Source: Pyrodictium abyssi (lineage in GTDB: Archaea; Thermoproteota; Thermoprotei_A; Sulfolobales; Pyrodictiaceae). From it: DNA of 32,000 bases. The stretch is taken from assembly GCF_036323395.1 (NCBI RefSeq), contig NZ_AP028907.1, forward strand, positions 1,890,001-1,922,000, given 5' to 3'. The position numbers were made by a program, and so were the translations under genes. Shown here one piece after another: positions 16,899 through 25,106 of this stretch. Under the pieces are notes generated by a model that searched no databases, was not told where the DNA came from, and worked only from the letters and a program-made list of their open reading frames with translations. Position 1 is the stretch's first letter. Every line of letters starts with the position of its first letter.

Positions 16899-17707
16899 CC
16901 CCTTTCGTAGCGTGGGCGTATACACTGTCAGGGTTCCTGGCACCTAGCGCTAGGCTCCAGCCCGCCGACCTGCCAACCTAGCTACGACAAGATAGAGAGT
17001 CAAGAATTGAATAAAGAAGCTGTATAGGTAGTACGCATGAACAAATCTGCCCGCATCCTAGGTTCCTCTCTAGCTATATGCTACTAAGAAGAAGTACTTT
17101 AGTATATACTGCGTTGCAGAAATGAATGGAGTGGTTCTCTCGTAGACAGGCGATATGGTGCAAAGAGCACATCCCTGCTATAGCCTGTCAGGTGTGAATG
17201 ACGAATTATACCACGTGTAAGGGTAGCAAGCTGATTCATATATAGTGTTAACGTGTTTAGTATACAGGCTACGTTGTCTGTGAAGTTACCAGTAGGTTAG
17301 GCGATATGCGCCTCACCTCATTGGTAGTACAGGTGATAGCATGCCGGCTTGGCAGTGGACAGAACAGGATACTTGCAACGACAGTAACATAACGGGTACA
17401 CATAATAGATTACACTTACGCGGTGTAAAAACACTGTAAGATAAGCTATATACATAGAATCTATATAGTTATTAGATTTTGCTCAATTATGTGTGCGTTG
17501 GTTGATAGTGTTACCAGTACTAGAAGTAGTTGAATAAAACTGCTATGCCCTCTAATGCTGGTTGTAGAGCCCTGAGCAGCCTCGCATCATGGCTAGGAAT
17601 AGGTGATGTGAAGTGCGCCTACCGCTCTGCCCTTGAAGAGGATAGAACTGTTGGTGAGCGTGGTAAGCGCGGCTATGTGCCTGAGCTACGCTTGGCCCGG
17701 GGGTGCT

Positions 17708-18325
17708 CTATAGTTGTCCCCCTTGCTCGGCTAGCCTAATAGCGTGCTCCTTGCTGATGAGGCGAAGGTCTGTGCCGAGGGATGAAGCGAGCTCTTGTAG
17801 CGCGTAGAGGAGTAGTGGTAGTTCTCCCCAGACTCTCTTGCCCTCGAGCTTCTGGGCTAGGCGGGAGAGCCTCCTACCTATGTAGCGTGCTAGTGTCTTT
17901 AGCGCGTCTTCGACCTTAGTGGCTAGGTTTACGGCTTCTCTCCTAGCTAGCCTCTTTGACCCGGTTGTGTAGCCTTTCGGGGCGTAAAGGATGTACAGGA
18001 TGTCGGCGGAGTTGAAGACTCGGCCTCTGAGCCTGGTTACGTGGCTGCGGAGGCGCCGTATCCTGCGTAGTAGCTGGCTTGGTGAAACTGGTCGGCTTTC
18101 CTGTGTGCTTGTGTAGAGTGCCACTACTATGGGGTTGCTTGCAGGCAGGTGTAGTGTCAGGATTGTTATCGTGTAGTCTCTTGTCTGGTCGAGACGTGTC
18201 ACGCCAGCTAGTAGCGGGTTTACTATCCTCCATGCCGCGTAGTACCGTCTAGCCCCTCTCAACAGGGGGAGTAGTAGCTCGTTGAGTGTCGCTAGGCGTT
18301 GCTGGCGTCGCTGGACCGGGTGCAT
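17708..18325 (-). CDS. Orphan hypothetical protein (205 aa), Arg-rich, predicted alpha/beta
   Basis: ATG-initiated ORF. It has alternating hydrophobic strands (DYTITILTLHL, IVVALYTS, ILYILYAP) and Arg-rich helices (LLRRIRRLRSHVTRLRG). No family recognised. It sits beside the AT-rich gap. Confidence 0.5.
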   Translation of the reverse strand: MHPVQRRQQRLATLNELLLPLLRGARRYYAAWRIVNPLLAGVTRLDQTRDYTITILTLHLPASNPIVVALYTSTQESRPVSPSQLLRRIRRLRSHVTRLRGRVFNSADILYILYAPKGYTTGSKRLARREAVNLATKVEDALKTLARYIGRRLSRLAQKLEGKRVWGELPLLLYALQELASSLGTDLRLISKEHAIRLAEQGGQL

Positions 18326-18442
18326 AACCTCCTATTCCCGTGCTAGGGCTAGAGGGCGGGATGATGGCTTTGTGGATATGAAAGCCTAGCTCTCCTGAGA
18401 AGAAATGGTTGGGGTGGGCTCCTGGTATCAGTGTGGCTGTTT

Positions 18443-18473
18443 CCTGTCAGGGTGGATTCTTTATCCTGACAGG
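18443..18473. promoter_or_regulatory. Perfect 9-bp inverted repeat CCTGTCAGG-N13-CCTGACAGG between the ABCE1 stop and the orphan gene start
   Basis: Arms at 18443-18451 and 18465-18473 were read directly. It lies 18 nt downstream of the ABCE1 stop (18491) and about 120 nt upstream of ATG 18325. It could be a terminator hairpin or an operator. Confidence 0.5.
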
Positions 18474-18490
18474 CTGCAGGGCTCTGTGCG

Positions 18491-20326
18491 CTATTCTTCC
18501 TCCTTCTCTTCCTTCTCGCCTGGCCTGGGGATGTAGTAGTATTTGCCTAGACGCTTCTGCATACGGTCGAGGAAGCTGTCCTCCTTGTTGATCCGTGGTC
18601 TCCCGGTCTCTGGGTCTTTTCGTATAGTTATGCCGAGCTCGCGAAGGAACAGGTTCATGCCCTCAGGGAGTGGTAGCGGCTTAGAGGCTCTGCCGTGGCT
18701 GCCTGGTGCGCCGGTGAACACGAGTATCCGGTTAGCTATATAGTCCTGGACGGCTATGTCGTGCTCCACTATTATGGCGGCTGCGCCCCGCGCCTCTGTG
18801 AGCCTGCGGATAGCCTTGGCCACGGATAGCCGCTCCTCTACGTCTAGGTACGCCGAGGGCTCGTCGAGCAGGTATATGTCAGCCTCTCTAGCTAGCGCAG
18901 TGGCCACGGCAACCTTCTGCAGCTCGCCACCGCTGAGCTCGGACACTCTCCTGTCGAGTAGCCGGTCGACGCGCAGCCTCCTAACTATCTCAACGTTTAG
19001 CCAAGAGCCGGGCGAGAGGGTTGATGGGTTAGCCTCCCTTAGCAGCTGTTCTACGGTGATGTCACCGAAGGTGTCGGGGTTTACGTACTGTGGCTTGTAG
19101 CTTATCCGTAGCTGGCCTTCAGGCTTGTCTATGCTGCCCTCGGCTGGCTTGATCTCCCCCGCTAGGGTGCGCACAAATGTAGTCTTGCCTATACCGTTTG
19201 GCCCGACTACGCCTAGGACTTCTCCCTCGTGGAGCTCGCCGGGCTCTGCCTCGAGGGTGAAGCCGCCTAGACGTACAACTAGCCGGCCCCAGCCTATGTA
19301 GCGCCGCGCTTCCTGGAGCTCTTGCTGTGTGAAGCTGATAGTGTATCTTATGGGCTCGCTCCTTATCCTCATGTTCTCGGCTGGCAGGTAGCCTTTGAGG
19401 AAGTGGTTTATTCCTGCACGGACTCCGTAGGGCTTAGAGGCTATACCGTAGACTCCCGGCTCACCATACATCACGACTACGTGGTCTGATAGGTAGTCGA
19501 GCATAGCTATATCATGCTCTACGACGACAACGTAGCTGTTGTTGGGCACGTAGCGGCGTATGGTTCTCGCGACGCGGATGCGCTCGCGTATATCCAGGTA
19601 GCTGCTAGGCTCGTCGAATAGGTAGAGGTTAGCGTCTTTGCTCAGAACGGCAGCTATCAGGAAGCGCTGTAGTTCTCCACCGCTAAGCTGGCGTATATCA
19701 CGGTCGAGGAGATGTGCTATGTTGAGCTCCTTGGCTAGCTCCTTCCATATTCCACGCTCGTCCGCTTTCTCGAGGAGAGTAGCGAGCTTGCCGCGTACAC
19801 GCCGTGGAACCATGTCAACATACTGTATCTTGTGGGCGGCCCTTATCTTGCCCTCGGCAAGTATCCTGAAGTAGTTCTGTAGCTCGGTGCCCCGGAACTG
19901 CTTGATAATCTCGTCCCAGCCGGGAGGCTGGCCCTCGGTCCTACCCAGGTTAGGGCGTAGCTCTCCCGCTAGTATGCGTAGAGCGGTAGATTTGCCGGCC
20001 CCATTCTTACCTATGACGCCCAGTATCTTGCCCTCACGGGGTATAGGCAGGCCGTAGAGCTTGAACCCGTTCACACCGTAGCGGTGGACAAGCATACGCT
20101 CTAGCTCGTCTGGCAGGTTGACAATGCTTATCGCCTTGAAGGGGCACTTCTTTATGCAGATACCGCAGCCTATACAAGTCTCCTCGTATATGACGGGCTT
20201 CCTGCGCATCTTGTCCATCTCTATAGCGGTTCCTCCGGTCAGGTTCACAGGGCAGAACGCTATACACTCCTGGTTACACTTACTGGGCTTACAAAGCTCG
20301 TAGTCGATGACAGCGACCCTTGTCAC
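18491..20326 (-). CDS. abce1: ABCE1 / RNase L inhibitor homologue (ribosome recycling ATPase)
   Basis: N-terminal 2x[4Fe-4S] domain (CKPSKCNQECIAFCP, CIGCGICIKKCP). Two ABC cassettes carry GKNGAGKST and GPNGIGKTT Walker A motifs, LSGGELQR and LSGGELQK signatures, and LFDEPSSYLD and LLDEPSAYLD Walker B motifs. Confidence 0.95.
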   Translation of the reverse strand: MTRVAVIDYELCKPSKCNQECIAFCPVNLTGGTAIEMDKMRRKPVIYEETCIGCGICIKKCPFKAISIVNLPDELERMLVHRYGVNGFKLYGLPIPREGKILGVIGKNGAGKSTALRILAGELRPNLGRTEGQPPGWDEIIKQFRGTELQNYFRILAEGKIRAAHKIQYVDMVPRRVRGKLATLLEKADERGIWKELAKELNIAHLLDRDIRQLSGGELQRFLIAAVLSKDANLYLFDEPSSYLDIRERIRVARTIRRYVPNNSYVVVVEHDIAMLDYLSDHVVVMYGEPGVYGIASKPYGVRAGINHFLKGYLPAENMRIRSEPIRYTISFTQQELQEARRYIGWGRLVVRLGGFTLEAEPGELHEGEVLGVVGPNGIGKTTFVRTLAGEIKPAEGSIDKPEGQLRISYKPQYVNPDTFGDITVEQLLREANPSTLSPGSWLNVEIVRRLRVDRLLDRRVSELSGGELQKVAVATALAREADIYLLDEPSAYLDVEERLSVAKAIRRLTEARGAAAIIVEHDIAVQDYIANRILVFTGAPGSHGRASKPLPLPEGMNLFLRELGITIRKDPETGRPRINKEDSFLDRMQKRLGKYYYIPRPGEKEEKEEE

Positions 20327-20560
20327 CGGGCAGCCCCAGAGCCCAGGGCCTGCAGAACAGGCTCATAAGACTCTACTGAGCCCTCTCGTGGTGTAGAAAG
20401 CGGCATGCAGACAGCATATGGCCTCCCGCAGCAAAACAGGTTATAAGGGCTAGATGGCGTCCCCCACTTGCAGTGGCCTACTATGGGGAGTGGTGACGGC
20501 ACAGAGCCGCTCCTCGGAGAATAGAGCCTGCCTCAATAATAGCTCCAAAAACCCGAGGAG

Positions 20561-20794
20561 CTAGGCTGTGAAGAAAGGCAAGGTATGCCGACACAAAGCT
20601 ACCATTCTTCCTCTTCCCACTCTTCTTCCTCTTCCTCCCACCACTCCTCTTCTTCCTCTTCCTCTTCCCACCATTCCTCCTCTTCGTCTAGGATAAGCCA
20701 TTTCATCGTGAGCCACCACAGTTAATCGGTTCCATGCTTCAGCTATGCTTGGAGCTTCTTTAATTGTTTCCCCATAGGTTTCCAGACTAGTCAT
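20561..20794 (-). CDS. Possible small protein with an RGG-rich tail (77 aa from ATG 20794). Mutually exclusive with the next feature, or both may be spurious.
   Basis: This is the internal Met of track ORF 20561..20908: MTSLETYGETIKEAPSIAEAWNRLTVVAHDEMAYPRRRGGMVGRGRGRRGVVGGRGRRVGRGRMV... The full 115-aa version would overlap cgi121 by 97 nt. Confidence 0.25.
   Translation of the reverse strand: MTSLETYGETIKEAPSIAEAWNRLTVVAHDEMAYPRRRGGMVGRGRGRRGVVGGRGRRVGRGRMVALCRHTLPFFTA
20599..20706 (-). CDS. Possible 35-aa Glu/Trp micro-protein MKWLILDEEEEWWEEEEEEEEWWEEEEEEWEEEEW
   Basis: I translated this codon by codon from ATG 20706 to TAG 20599-20601. It is below the 60-aa cutoff of the track. A TAA lies in frame five codons upstream of the ATG. 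Confidence 0.2.
   Translation of the reverse strand: MKWLILDEEEEWWEEEEEEEEWWEEEEEEWEEEEW
20602..20685. repeat. Polypurine/polypyrimidine (GAR)n tract punctuated by TGG (TGGTGG twice, single TGG three times)
   Basis: The + strand is almost purely C/T, apart from the A of each CCA, for about 84 nt. This was read directly. Confidence 0.9.
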
Positions 20795-20811
20795 TAGGAA
20801 TAAAAAGACGT

Positions 20812-21339
20812 CTACTCGCTCTCCGACATGCGGTATATGCGCTCCTCGACAGGAAACACTGCTAGACGAGTTACCCTGGAACGGTCGCCACACTCGGTAC
20901 GTGTACACTCTTCTAGAGGCCTAAGATCCTCCGGGACGAATATACCTTGGTCATGCTCGGCTCTATGGGCTATAGCTACTACCACGTGCTCGCCGTGCTT
21001 GGGCGCGTACTCGTCGAGTACGCGGGCGATGTTCCTCTGGCCGGCCAGATAGAGTAGCACGTCGATACCCGGATTCCTTGCAATACCGAAGCCGTGGACA
21101 CGGGCAGCATAGGCGGACAGAACGGTCGACGCTATCTCCCATGCGCAGTATTGCTTAGCAAGCTTGGCCGGTATCAACGATGCAAGGACTCCGCTACTCC
21201 ATGCACAGCGTAGCTGTTGTTCAAGGTTATGGCTGTGTTTTGTACAGTAGAGCTTTACAGCTACGCTACCTATTCCTGGTAGAGTCTGCACCCATTCTAC
21301 GCGTGTTAAAGATCTTTTCGATGAATTCAATGTCCTCAC
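20812..21339 (-). CDS. cgi121: KEOPS complex subunit Cgi121
   Basis: ARNPGIDVLLYLAGQRNIARVLDEYAPKHGEHVVVAI aligns by eye with M. jannaschii Cgi121 ...MEILVRASGQRQIHEAIKIIGAKDGNVCLI. The start is uncertain (ATG 21339 or GTG 21291). Either start overlaps the hpt 3' end. Confidence 0.6.
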   Translation of the reverse strand: MRTLNSSKRSLTRVEWVQTLPGIGSVAVKLYCTKHSHNLEQQLRCAWSSGVLASLIPAKLAKQYCAWEIASTVLSAYAARVHGFGIARNPGIDVLLYLAGQRNIARVLDEYAPKHGEHVVVAIAHRAEHDQGIFVPEDLRPLEECTRTECGDRSRVTRLAVFPVEERIYRMSESE

Positions 21340-21877
21340 CTGTAATCTTTGATACCTCCTCTAGGCTCAGTCCCTTCTTCCTCACTAGCTCCTCTACAGT
21401 CTCAGCTTTATCCCACGGGAATACTATCCATGCATCAGTCTCCTCGGCGTAGAAGTCTGGCCTGTGCATAGACCATGGCTTAAGATACAGTGCAGCTGTA
21501 AGTATCTTGCGGGGACCATAATGTGTTAGAAAGTTGATAGCTATGTTAAGGGTCTTGCCAGTGTCGGCTACATCGTCTACTACAAGGACGACTTTGTCCC
21601 TAATATCGACTATGAGTGGCTGAGTTACGACGGGGCGCTCTGCAGTCTCGCCGATGCCGCGGTAGAACTTGACCTCTAAGGCGCCCATAGTGGGAGTGCC
21701 GAGGTAGTCAGAGAGCAGCCGTGCTGGGATCCACCCGCCTCTCAGCACACCGACTATCACATCCACCTTTATGCCTCTGCTGGAGATCTGCTCTGCTATC
21801 TTAGCACAGCCTTCCTCGACCTCACGCCATGTAACCGGCTTAAACTTGACAGGCTCTGGATGAGGCTGGTCTACCAT
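21266..21877 (-). CDS. hpt: Hypoxanthine/guanine (purine) phosphoribosyltransferase
   Basis: PRPP-binding motif VVLVVDDVADTGKTL, with upstream VIVGVLRGGWIPARLL typical of type I PRTases. Confidence 0.85.
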   Translation of the reverse strand: MVDQPHPEPVKFKPVTWREVEEGCAKIAEQISSRGIKVDVIVGVLRGGWIPARLLSDYLGTPTMGALEVKFYRGIGETAERPVVTQPLIVDIRDKVVLVVDDVADTGKTLNIAINFLTHYGPRKILTAALYLKPWSMHRPDFYAEETDAWIVFPWDKAETVEELVRKKGLSLEEVSKITGEDIEFIEKIFNTRRMGADSTRNR

Positions 21878-22185
21878 GACGCTGGCGGCCCCCGCAGCCT
21901 CTATGCGGGTGGAGGGAGACGCTCTCTAGGCAGTATAAAGCATAGCCGTGCTGGTAACTCGTGTAGCAGAGCCTCGCAGTCCTACCTTCTTCTCCGACCG
22001 TCGGGGGTCCTAGCACATGATGGAGTCCGGACTGGTTATTGCGTGAACGGTGAAGGGTTCGGCTGGTCTAGAGGGACTATATACTGGGAGCGCTAGAAGC
22101 CGGTAATAGTGCAGCATTGAAGCATGACATGAGGATGTATGGTCGAATGTAAAGGGTGTGTAAATACTCGCTGCCGGGGCCTCGT

Positions 22186-22497
22186 TTAAGCTTGTGGCGA
22201 TGGCGTCTCGGTCTGCTGCTGTGTCTGCTCCTGCTGGGCCTGGCCGAAGAGCGCGGCTCTAGTCTCTTCGGCGTGCTGCTGCTCTATTAGGTACTGTAGC
22301 TGGCCTGTCCTCTTGTATAGCCTTACCAGCCTTGTCACATAGCCAGCTATCTGGTTCCTTAGCTTCTTTGACGGGGTCTCTACGAGGTTTGCGACAACAC
22401 GCTTATTGTGTTCAAAATCCTCGGTAAATAGGTCAGGATACATTGTTATGAGCCTACGTGCTGTACGCTTGACGACTCCAATCCGCACCTTGCCCAT
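22186..22497 (-). CDS. rps17e: 30S ribosomal protein S17e with a Gln-rich C-terminal extension
   Basis: [35 protein letters not shown] is the eS17 N-terminus. The track start 22554 is a TTG that lies too close to the TATA box at 22567-22574, so ATG 22497 is preferred. Confidence 0.85.
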   Translation of the reverse strand: MGKVRIGVVKRTARRLITMYPDLFTEDFEHNKRVVANLVETPSKKLRNQIAGYVTRLVRLYKRTGQLQYLIEQQHAEETRAALFGQAQQEQTQQQTETPSPQA

Positions 22498-22566
22498 TAC
22501 GCGCCCCCGGCCAGGCTTCGCCGTCTCCGGGGAGATATACCTTATGGAGAGCAAGGGACAGTAAGG

Positions 22567-22574
22567 TTTATATA
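22567..22574. promoter_or_regulatory. TATA box (TTTATATA) in the divergent rps17e-thermosome spacer
   Basis: AAGGTTTATATAGAAG was read directly. It is about 65 nt upstream of thermosome ATG 22640 and about 70 nt from rps17e ATG 22497. Its near-palindromic A/T core could serve both directions. Confidence 0.5.
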
Positions 22575-22639
22575 GAAGCCCTCTGAAGGCAACCTACACA
22601 CGGACACAAGGACATAAGGGACGCCTAGAGGTGTAAGCC

Positions 22640-24334
22640 ATGGCCGCACGTGTTGCAACCGTGGAGCCCACTGGCGTGCCGGTGCTAATCCTCAAGGAGG
22701 GTACCCAGAGGACTTACGGCAAGGAGGCGCTACGCGCAAACATAATGATAGTACGCGCTATTGCTGAGACTCTACGCACCACCTACGGCCCCAAGGGCAT
22801 GGACAAGATGCTAGTAGACAGCCTAGGCGACATAACAATAACCAACGACGGTGCCACAATCCTAGACAAGATGGACGTACAGCACCCGACAGCCAAGCTG
22901 GTAGTCCAGATCGCGAAGGGCCAGGACGAGGAGGTGGGTGACGGTACAAAGACAGCAGTAATATTCTCCGGCGAGCTACTCCGCTTCGCCGAGGAGCTGC
23001 TAGACAAGAATGTACACCCAACGATAATTATAAGCGGCTACAAGAAGGCAGCCGAGGAGGCTATAAAGAAGCTATACGAGCTAGCCGAGCCAATAGACAT
23101 AGAGAACGAGGAGGTGCTCAAGAAGATAGCTAAGACCAGCCTAACAAGCAAGGCAGTACACGGTGCACGCGACTACCTAGCAGAGATAGTCGTAAAGGCT
23201 GTAAAGCAGGTGACTGAGAAGCGCGGTGACAAGTGGTACATAGACCTCGACAGCATACAGATAATCAAGAAGCATGGTGGTGGCCTCCGCGACACCCAGC
23301 TAATCTACGGCATCGTGCTCGACAAGGAGGTAGTACACCCCAGCATGCCCAGAAAGGTCGAGAACGCTTACATAGTGCTCCTCGACGCCCCACTAGAGGT
23401 CGAGAAGCCAGAGATCGACGCCGAGATAAGGATCAGCGACCCAACATACCTAAAGAAGTTCCTCGAGGAGGAGGAGCGGATCCTAGAGGAGATGGTCGAG
23501 AAGATCTATAGTGTTGCTGTTGAGCGTATGAAGAAGGATGGTGTGGACCCGGAGAAGGCTGGCATAGTAGTGATAACCCAGAAGGGTATCGACGAGGTAG
23601 CCCAGCACTTCCTAGCCAAGAAGGGCATAATGGCAGTAAGAAGAGTAAAGAGGAGCGACATCGAGAAGATAGCTAAGGCCACTGGTGCCAGAATAGTGAG
23701 CAATGTTGAGGACCTAACGCCAAGCGACCTAGGCTTCGCCAAGCTAGTAGAGGAGAGAAAGGTCGGCGAGGACAAGATGGTGTTCATAGAGGGCTGCCCC
23801 AACCCCAAGGCAGTAACAATACTCATACGCGCTGGTCTAGAGAGGCTAGTAGACGAGGCCGAGAGGAGCATACAGGACGCAATGCACGCAGTAGCAGACG
23901 CCATAAGGGATGGCAAGATAGTCAGTGGTGGTGGCGCAGTAGAGGTAGAGCTGGCCAAGTACCTGCGTGAGCTAGCACCGAAGATCGGCGGCAAGGAGCA
24001 GCTAGCCATAGAGGCATTCGCACGCGCCCTAGAAGGCCTGCCAATGGCGCTAGCAGAGAACGCTGGCCTCGACCCAGTAGAGATAATGATGAAGCTACGT
24101 GCCGCGCACTCCAAGCCGGAGGGCAAGTGGTTCGGCATCAACGTGTTCACCGGCGAAGTCGAGGACATGATGAAGCTCGGCGTAATAGAGCCAGTAAGCA
24201 TAAAGGCTAACGCCATCAAGGCCGGTACAGAGGCAGCAACAATGGTGCTAAGGATAGACGACATAATCGCTGCTGCTCGCCGCGAGGAGAAGGAAGAGGA
24301 AAAGAAGGAGGAAGAAGAGAAGGAAGAGGAGTAA
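22640..24334 (+). CDS. ths: Thermosome subunit (group II chaperonin)
   Basis: [30 protein letters not shown] and VSGGGAVE are canonical group II chaperonin motifs. The protein is 564 aa with an acidic/Lys C-terminal tail. Confidence 0.95.
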   Translation: MAARVATVEPTGVPVLILKEGTQRTYGKEALRANIMIVRAIAETLRTTYGPKGMDKMLVDSLGDITITNDGATILDKMDVQHPTAKLVVQIAKGQDEEVGDGTKTAVIFSGELLRFAEELLDKNVHPTIIISGYKKAAEEAIKKLYELAEPIDIENEEVLKKIAKTSLTSKAVHGARDYLAEIVVKAVKQVTEKRGDKWYIDLDSIQIIKKHGGGLRDTQLIYGIVLDKEVVHPSMPRKVENAYIVLLDAPLEVEKPEIDAEIRISDPTYLKKFLEEEERILEEMVEKIYSVAVERMKKDGVDPEKAGIVVITQKGIDEVAQHFLAKKGIMAVRRVKRSDIEKIAKATGARIVSNVEDLTPSDLGFAKLVEERKVGEDKMVFIEGCPNPKAVTILIRAGLERLVDEAERSIQDAMHAVADAIRDGKIVSGGGAVEVELAKYLRELAPKIGGKEQLAIEAFARALEGLPMALAENAGLDPVEIMMKLRAAHSKPEGKWFGINVFTGEVEDMMKLGVIEPVSIKANAIKAGTEAATMVLRIDDIIAAARREEKEEEKKEEEEKEEE

Positions 24335-24515
24335 CTCCTCAAAGCTAAGCCATAATTTTTGGCTATAGGCTCTATAGTACGTCTAAACCCAATTCTACCC
24401 CAACTCTTACGCGGTCGACAGGCCTCACCTAGTATTCTAGAGCGCCTCCAGTGGCCTGTGGGAGCGTCTTGTAGAAGTACGCTGGCGGGAGTCCTGGGCA
24501 CAGCGGGGTGCCGGG

Positions 24516-25106
24516 TTGATAGTAGTTGCCGGTACACCTGGGACAGGCAAGAGCCTGCTTGGCTCGAATATTGCCCGGCTACTAGGCCGTCGGTTTGCCA
24601 CAATATCCTGGATTGTGCTGGAGAAGGGGCTATGGGTACAATACGATGCACGGCGCCGAAGCTTCGTGATAGACTATGAGGGGCTTCTAGGAGCGTTAAG
24701 GCGCTACACCGGGTATGTTGTCGAGACGCACTGGCTGGAGCCTTTCGAAGAGCTTCTGGACGTTGTTGAGGGTGTTATAGTTACCCGGTGTAACCCTGTT
24801 GTGCTGCTAAGGAGGCTTGAGAGAAGAGGGTGGCCACCGCAAAAAGTGGCGGAAAACGTCGAGGCAGAGCTAATGGGGGTAATAGCAGAAGAGGCTAGAC
24901 GCCTTGCCGGCAAAGGTATACCTGTAGTTGAGATAGATACTACGAGAGGAAGCCCGGCCCAGAATGCTGTAGACGCCGTGGAGATGCTTAGGAGGGGCGA
25001 AGTTCGCTGCTGTATCGAGTGGCTCTCTGTGCTCCAGGAGGAGGAGCTAGGATTTTTGCTGGAAAAGTTAACCACTCTAGCCAGCGGCGTGGGACGAAAT
25101 GAGTAA
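24516..25106 (+). CDS. Fap7/AK6-like adenylate kinase (ribosome biogenesis NTPase)
   Basis: P-loop IVVAGTPGTGKSLLG, then VIVTRCNPVVLLRRLERRGWPPQKVAENVEAELMGVI, typical of archaeal Fap7. It uses a TTG start. Its 3' end overlaps the next gene by 8 nt. Confidence 0.8.
   Translation: MIVVAGTPGTGKSLLGSNIARLLGRRFATISWIVLEKGLWVQYDARRRSFVIDYEGLLGALRRYTGYVVETHWLEPFEELLDVVEGVIVTRCNPVVLLRRLERRGWPPQKVAENVEAELMGVIAEEARRLAGKGIPVVEIDTTRGSPAQNAVDAVEMLRRGEVRCCIEWLSVLQEEELGFLLEKLTTLASGVGRNE

Noticed and set aside
17530-17739. 69-aa TTG-initiated + strand ORF at the edge of the AT-rich gap
   Set aside because: It has a weak start, overlaps the 3' end of the convergent 205-aa gene, and has no motifs. I treat it as part of the non-coding gap, though expression data could revive it.
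21860-22096. 78-aa + strand ORF in the hpt-rps17e spacer, and a C-box-like CATGATGG at 22016
   Set aside because: The ORF starts inside hpt on the opposite strand and is Gly/Arg/Ser-rich. No D box or terminal stem accompanies the C-like box.
23506-24651. 381-aa ORF on the minus strand
   Set aside because: It lies antisense to the well-supported thermosome gene. It has an S/A/T-rich low-complexity composition typical of shadow ORFs in GC-rich coding DNA.
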